A stretch of DNA of 20,000 nt from an uncultured virus (IMG/VR IMGVR_UViG_3300020034_000011) (taxonomy: Duplodnaviria > Heunggongvirae > Uroviricota > Caudoviricetes), in the IMG/VR virus record IMGVR_UViG_3300020034_000011; one strand, 5' to 3'. The notes below the pieces were generated by a model. The model did not search any database, was not told the origin of the DNA, and saw only the letters and a program-made list of their open reading frames with translations. Position 1 is the stretch's first letter. Each line of letters opens with the position of its first letter. Of this stretch, positions 15,934-20,000 are shown one piece after another. Position numbers and translations under genes: made by a program.

Positions 15934-15960
15934 TCGCGCGTTTTTCGCATGATCTAATAG
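15934..15960 (+). promoter_or_regulatory. Candidate phage promoter TCGCG-N16-TAAT
   Basis: Identical spacing to 4353-4377; lies upstream of the VRR-Nuc/Cas4-like/RNAP gene run. Confidence 0.45.
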
Positions 15961-16009
15961 AAGGGGGAAACATATGCTTTCTTTTTTGCCTTAGCGAAAG
16001 GAGGAAATC

Positions 16010-16321
16010 GTGACCGAAAACGCGTACCAGGCGAAGCTGATCAAGAGACTGCGCCGCATGTTCCCTGGTTGCGAGATCCTCAAGAACGATCCGGGCTACA
16101 AACAAGGCATCTGTGATCTCACGATCCTGTGGGGTGAGTTCTGGGCAATGTTGGAAGTCAAAGCATCTGCTTCTGCGCCAGAGCGACCCAATCAGCCATA
16201 TTTCGTCAAGAAGCTCAACGACATGAGCTTCGCTTCGTTCATCTATCCTGAGAACGAGGAGGAGGTGCTCACTGCGCTTCAGGCAGCATTCACATCTCGA
16301 AGGGCAGCATGCGTTTCTTAG
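16010..16321 (+). CDS. VRR-Nuc domain (Holliday junction resolvase-like) nuclease
   Basis: TENAYQAKLIKRL..KNDP...GICDL..WAMLEVK..RPNQ PD-(D/E)xK pattern; AAAGGAGG RBS. Confidence 0.85.
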   Translation: MTENAYQAKLIKRLRRMFPGCEILKNDPGYKQGICDLTILWGEFWAMLEVKASASAPERPNQPYFVKKLNDMSFASFIYPENEEEVLTALQAAFTSRRAACVS

Positions 16322-16832
16322 TCCCAGTTCGTATCACTGGATCAACTATGACGAAGAGAAACTCGCCTATCGCTACAAGACACTGCAGGCAGCGATCGAG
16401 GGCGTAGAGCAACACCGGTTCGCAGCGATCGCTATCGAAGAGTGCGTCGTGCAGGACAACGAAACAACCACACTTGGGATGTACATCAATCAGTGCATCC
16501 AGTTCAAGATGGCTTCTGAGATCGTCTTGTTCTACTCACCTAACGCGTTCGGCACAGTGGACGCAATCTCTTTTCGTCACAAGCGTCTGAGGATCAGCGA
16601 CCTCAAGACCGGAGTGACGCGCACATCAGAGCATCAGCTTGAGGTCTATGCTGCGCTCTTCTGCCTCGAATACGAGGTGGACCCGTTCTCCCTACGGGGC
16701 ATTGAGCTCCGTATCTATCAGGATAACGCGGTACGCGAGTACCCTGGTGATCCATATAAAATCGTGGGGATCATGGACAAGATCGTGAGATTCAATGCAA
16801 TTCTCAATCAGCTTCGAGAGGAGGTGTCGTGA
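16272..16832 (+). CDS. Cas4-like PD-(D/E)xK exonuclease; probable CTG start
   Basis: HAFLSPSSYHWINY N-terminal motif, GTVDAI..ISDLKTG..HQLEVYA; GGAGGT 5 nt before CTG 16272. Confidence 0.8.
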   Translation: MRFRQHSHLEGQHAFLSPSSYHWINYDEEKLAYRYKTLQAAIEGVEQHRFAAIAIEECVVQDNETTTLGMYINQCIQFKMASEIVLFYSPNAFGTVDAISFRHKRLRISDLKTGVTRTSEHQLEVYAALFCLEYEVDPFSLRGIELRIYQDNAVREYPGDPYKIVGIMDKIVRFNAILNQLREEVS

Positions 16833-19627
16833 TGGAGCTAACTGAAGGAGAGTACCTGGCCCATTACGGCATTCTTCGCAAGTCGGGGCGTTATCCTTGG
16901 GGATCTGGAGAGAACCCCCATCAGCGCAGCAAGACGTTTCTCGACATCATCGATCAGCACAGGAAAGACGGGCTGAGCGAAGCTAAGATCGCTGAGCTGT
17001 ACCAGCCTGTGGATTCAGAGGGAAGGAAGATCCCTCCGTTCTTCACGACGTCAGATCTTCGTGCTCTGAAGTCGAGAGCTGTGAACCTTCAGAAGCAAGC
17101 GCAGATCCGGGAAGCCACGTCTCTGCGTGAAGACAAGGGCATGAGCCCATCAGCTATTGGTCGACAGATGGGTCTCAACGAGTCGACCGTTCGCTCACTC
17201 CTCGAGCCGGGCCGTCAAGAGAAGCTCGATATCCTGCAGGAAACGGCTAACATGCTCAAGCGTCAGGTTGAGGAGAAGCCGTTCCTTGACGTTGGTGGGC
17301 AAACCGAACGTGATCTTCCCATCTTCTCCGATATCCCAAACATCGGGATTTCGAAGGACAAGTTCAACACCGCCCTCTCCATGCTCAAGGAAGAGGGATA
17401 TTCGGTCCACACGGTTCGGGTTCAGCAGGTCGGTACAGGAGAGTACACCAAGTACCGAGTTCTGGTGAAGCCTGGGGTTACACAGAAGGACGTGTTCCTC
17501 AATCGTGATCAGATCCGAGTCATCTCTGAGAAATCAGATGATGGTGGTCGTACCTACAACGATCGAGCCCTCAAGCCGCCTCTGAGTATCGACGCCAAGC
17601 GCATTGACGTTCGTTACAAGGAGAATGGTGGAGCAGACGCAGACGGTGTGATCTACGTCCGTCCTGGCGTCAAGGACGTCACCCTGGGTAAGTCGCAGTA
17701 CGCTCAGGTCCGTATCGCGGTTGATGGATCTCACTACCTCAAGGGTATGGCCGTCTACAAGGACGATCTCCCCAAAGGCGTCGATCTCCAGTTCAACACC
17801 AACAAGTCTGACACAGGCAACAAGTTGGATGCGATGAAGGAGATGAAGACCGACAAGGACGGAAACATCCATCCGACCAATCCGTTTGGTGCGGCCATCA
17901 AGTACGGTGGCCAGATCAAGGATGAGCACGGAAACGTTACCTCGGTGATGAACAAGGTCAATGAGGAAGGTGACTGGGACACATGGTCACGTAACTTGTC
18001 TCGTCAGGTCTTGTCTAAGCAGTCTCCTGAGCTGGCGCAGAAGCAGTTGGCCGAAACCTACGATCGGCGAGCGAAAGAGTTTGCTCAGCTCAAGGCGCTG
18101 ACCAATCCGCAGATCAAGAAGAAGCTTCTCGAGAGCTTCAGTGATGAGACCGATTCTGCAGCAGTGCACCTCAAGGCTGCGGAACTACCACGACAGGCAA
18201 CGAAAGTCTTGCTGCCTGTCAAGAGCATGAAGCCTGACGAGATCTTCGCTCCTACGTTCAGGGACGGAGAACGAGTTGCTCTGATTCGGTTCCCTCACGC
18301 TGGTACGTTCGAGATTCCCGAGTTGACGGTCAACAATCGCAACAGGGAAGCCCGTAAGCTATTCGGTGTAGGCAAGGGTGGTAAGGCTCCCGATGCTGTA
18401 GGCATCCACCCCAAGGTCGCCGAACGTCTGTCTGGTGCAGACTTTGATGGTGACGCTGTAGTGGTGATCCCCAACAACAGGCGATCAATCAGGAACAGTC
18501 ATCCGCTTGACGGATTGAAGGGGTTCGATCCACAGCAGTATAAGGTACCTCTTGGGCCTCCTACCAAGGAGTTCCCTAAGGGCAAGCCCACCATCACCGA
18601 TGCACGTAAGCAGACGGAGATGGGCAAGGTCACCAACTTGATCGCCGACATGACGCTCAAGGGTGCGAACACCGAAGAGCTGGCACGTGCAGTACGTCAC
18701 TCCATGGTGGTCATTGACTCAGAGAAGCACAACCTTGACTTCAAGGCCTCTGAGCAGAAGAACGGAATCCTTGATCTGAAGAAGCGGTATCAAGGTGTGC
18801 ATGAGGCAACGGGCCAAGGTAAGGGCGCAGCTACCCTCATCACCAGAGCTACGGCACGTACCGATGTGGACAAGCGTAAGCCTAGGGCTGCTAAAGAAGG
18901 CGGCCCTATTGACGTCGCTACAGGGGCGAAGAAGTTCACGCCTACTGGTGAGGTCGACAAGCATGGGAATGTCAAGACGTTTCGGTCTAAGAAGTTGGCT
19001 GAGACAGATGATGCTTTCACGTTGTTGTCTGAGCATGGCGGCACCGACATGGAGAAGACCTATGCTCGTCACTCCAACAAGCTCAAAGCCTTGGCCAACG
19101 AAGCTCGTAAAGAGATGGTTGCTACCAAGAACATTCCTTACATGCCTTCATCGAAGGCTGTGTACGCGCATGAGGTCGCTTCGCTCAATGCTAAGTTGAA
19201 TGATGCGTTGAAGAATGCACCTCTAGAGCGACAGGCTCAGGTAGTAGCCAACCACATCGTGGCCCAACGTCGCCGTGCTAACCCTGAGATGGATGCTGCT
19301 GAGCGCAAGAAGATCAAGGGACAGGCCCTTGATGAAGCACGTCTGCGTACAGGGGCGAACAAGACCAAGATCGACATCACAGATCGTGAATGGGACGCCA
19401 TCCAGCAAGGTGCTATCTCTAATGACAAGCTCAAGAACATCCTCAACAACACGGATGTGGACAAGCTAAGAGAGCGTGCTACACCTAGGCCTAAGCCTGT
19501 TATGACAAAGGCTGTTACGGCACGGGCCAAGGCGATGCTGGCTGGTGGAGCAACGTTGAGTGAAGTGGCTAATGCCCTAGGCGTACCACTCTCGACGTTG
19601 TCATCAGGCATTGGGGAAGGTGAGTGA
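16832..19627 (+). CDS. YonO-like single-subunit double-psi beta-barrel RNA polymerase with N- and C-terminal HTH domains
   Basis: RLSGADFDGD (GADFDGD at 18434-18454), LIRFPH, DG..AQVRI..YLKGM; HTHs GMSPSAIGRQMGLNESTVRSLL and GATLSEVANALGVPLSTLS; alternative start GTG 16829. Confidence 0.8.
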   Translation: MELTEGEYLAHYGILRKSGRYPWGSGENPHQRSKTFLDIIDQHRKDGLSEAKIAELYQPVDSEGRKIPPFFTTSDLRALKSRAVNLQKQAQIREATSLREDKGMSPSAIGRQMGLNESTVRSLLEPGRQEKLDILQETANMLKRQVEEKPFLDVGGQTERDLPIFSDIPNIGISKDKFNTALSMLKEEGYSVHTVRVQQVGTGEYTKYRVLVKPGVTQKDVFLNRDQIRVISEKSDDGGRTYNDRALKPPLSIDAKRIDVRYKENGGADADGVIYVRPGVKDVTLGKSQYAQVRIAVDGSHYLKGMAVYKDDLPKGVDLQFNTNKSDTGNKLDAMKEMKTDKDGNIHPTNPFGAAIKYGGQIKDEHGNVTSVMNKVNEEGDWDTWSRNLSRQVLSKQSPELAQKQLAETYDRRAKEFAQLKALTNPQIKKKLLESFSDETDSAAVHLKAAELPRQATKVLLPVKSMKPDEIFAPTFRDGERVALIRFPHAGTFEIPELTVNNRNREARKLFGVGKGGKAPDAVGIHPKVAERLSGADFDGDAVVVIPNNRRSIRNSHPLDGLKGFDPQQYKVPLGPPTKEFPKGKPTITDARKQTEMGKVTNLIADMTLKGANTEELARAVRHSMVVIDSEKHNLDFKASEQKNGILDLKKRYQGVHEATGQGKGAATLITRATARTDVDKRKPRAAKEGGPIDVATGAKKFTPTGEVDKHGNVKTFRSKKLAETDDAFTLLSEHGGTDMEKTYARHSNKLKALANEARKEMVATKNIPYMPSSKAVYAHEVASLNAKLNDALKNAPLERQAQVVANHIVAQRRRANPEMDAAERKKIKGQALDEARLRTGANKTKIDITDREWDAIQQGAISNDKLKNILNNTDVDKLRERATPRPKPVMTKAVTARAKAMLAGGATLSEVANALGVPLSTLSSGIGEGE

Positions 19628-19628
19628 C

Positions 19629-19949
19629 ATGACTGAGATCGACAATAATGTAGGTGTTAGTCGTCCTGAGTACATGCTCAGCACAGTTGACAATCCTTAT
19701 GATCCTTTCGATCAGTTCGATGATTGGTATCAATGGGATCAGAATGCTGGGTACTGCACCCCTGGCCTCCTCGCCCGTCTGGCCTACGTGTCGGACGAGA
19801 TCTCTGAAGCTGATCAGCATCTTGCTGTTCAGCAAGCTATTGAGGAGATCGTCACCGAGAATGTGTCTGGTGTTCACATCAAGTTGGAAAGAGGATCGTT
19901 CATTCCTCTTTCGCCTCAAGCTGAAGATGACCAAGAAGCTGAGGAATAG
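19629..19949 (+). CDS. Conserved acidic phage protein
   Basis: YMLSTVDNPYDPFDQFDDWYQWD...GY.T.GLLARLA; recalled as following the large HTH protein in related phages. Confidence 0.8.
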   Translation: MTEIDNNVGVSRPEYMLSTVDNPYDPFDQFDDWYQWDQNAGYCTPGLLARLAYVSDEISEADQHLAVQQAIEEIVTENVSGVHIKLERGSFIPLSPQAEDDQEAEE

Positions 19950-20000
19950 TCTGTGAGGTGCTAGGGGGGAGGGGGTCATCAAACCAACCCCCTGCTGCAT

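Noticed and set aside
16272..16832. CRISPR-Cas system
   Set aside because: Only a solo Cas4-like nuclease; no repeat-spacer array or other cas genes in the window

Overview
A 20-kb segment of a tailed actinobacteriophage genome. All supported genes lie on the + strand, densely packed and often overlapping by 1-4 bp. The order is: ssDNA-binding protein, many small ORFs, SNF2-like helicase, AT-rich palindromic origin-like region, degenerate NUMOD4-HNH, VRR-Nuc, Cas4-like PD-(D/E)xK nuclease, ~930-aa HTH protein, conserved acidic protein. From recall, this matches the right arm of the Arthrobacter AM/AU/AW, Gordonia DJ, Rhodococcus CC and Streptomyces BI siphoviruses, and the window may end at the cos terminus. 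The main finding is that the ~930-aa protein carries double-psi beta-barrel RNA polymerase motifs in order (DG..QxR..KG, RxP, SGADFDGD), flanked by HTH domains and starting with an LAHYG tag, i.e. a YonO-like single-subunit RNAP. Candidate promoter motifs (TCGCG-N16-TAAT, TGAGACCC) and promoter-ORF-terminator cassettes are also present. Other points: a phage-encoded mIHF (possibly a Thermoleophilia host), three intergenic islands of G-U-rich RNA structures including a D-armless tRNA-like fold, probable CTG and ATA start codons, and several paralogous small-ORF pairs. All calls come from reading the sequence; no searches were run.
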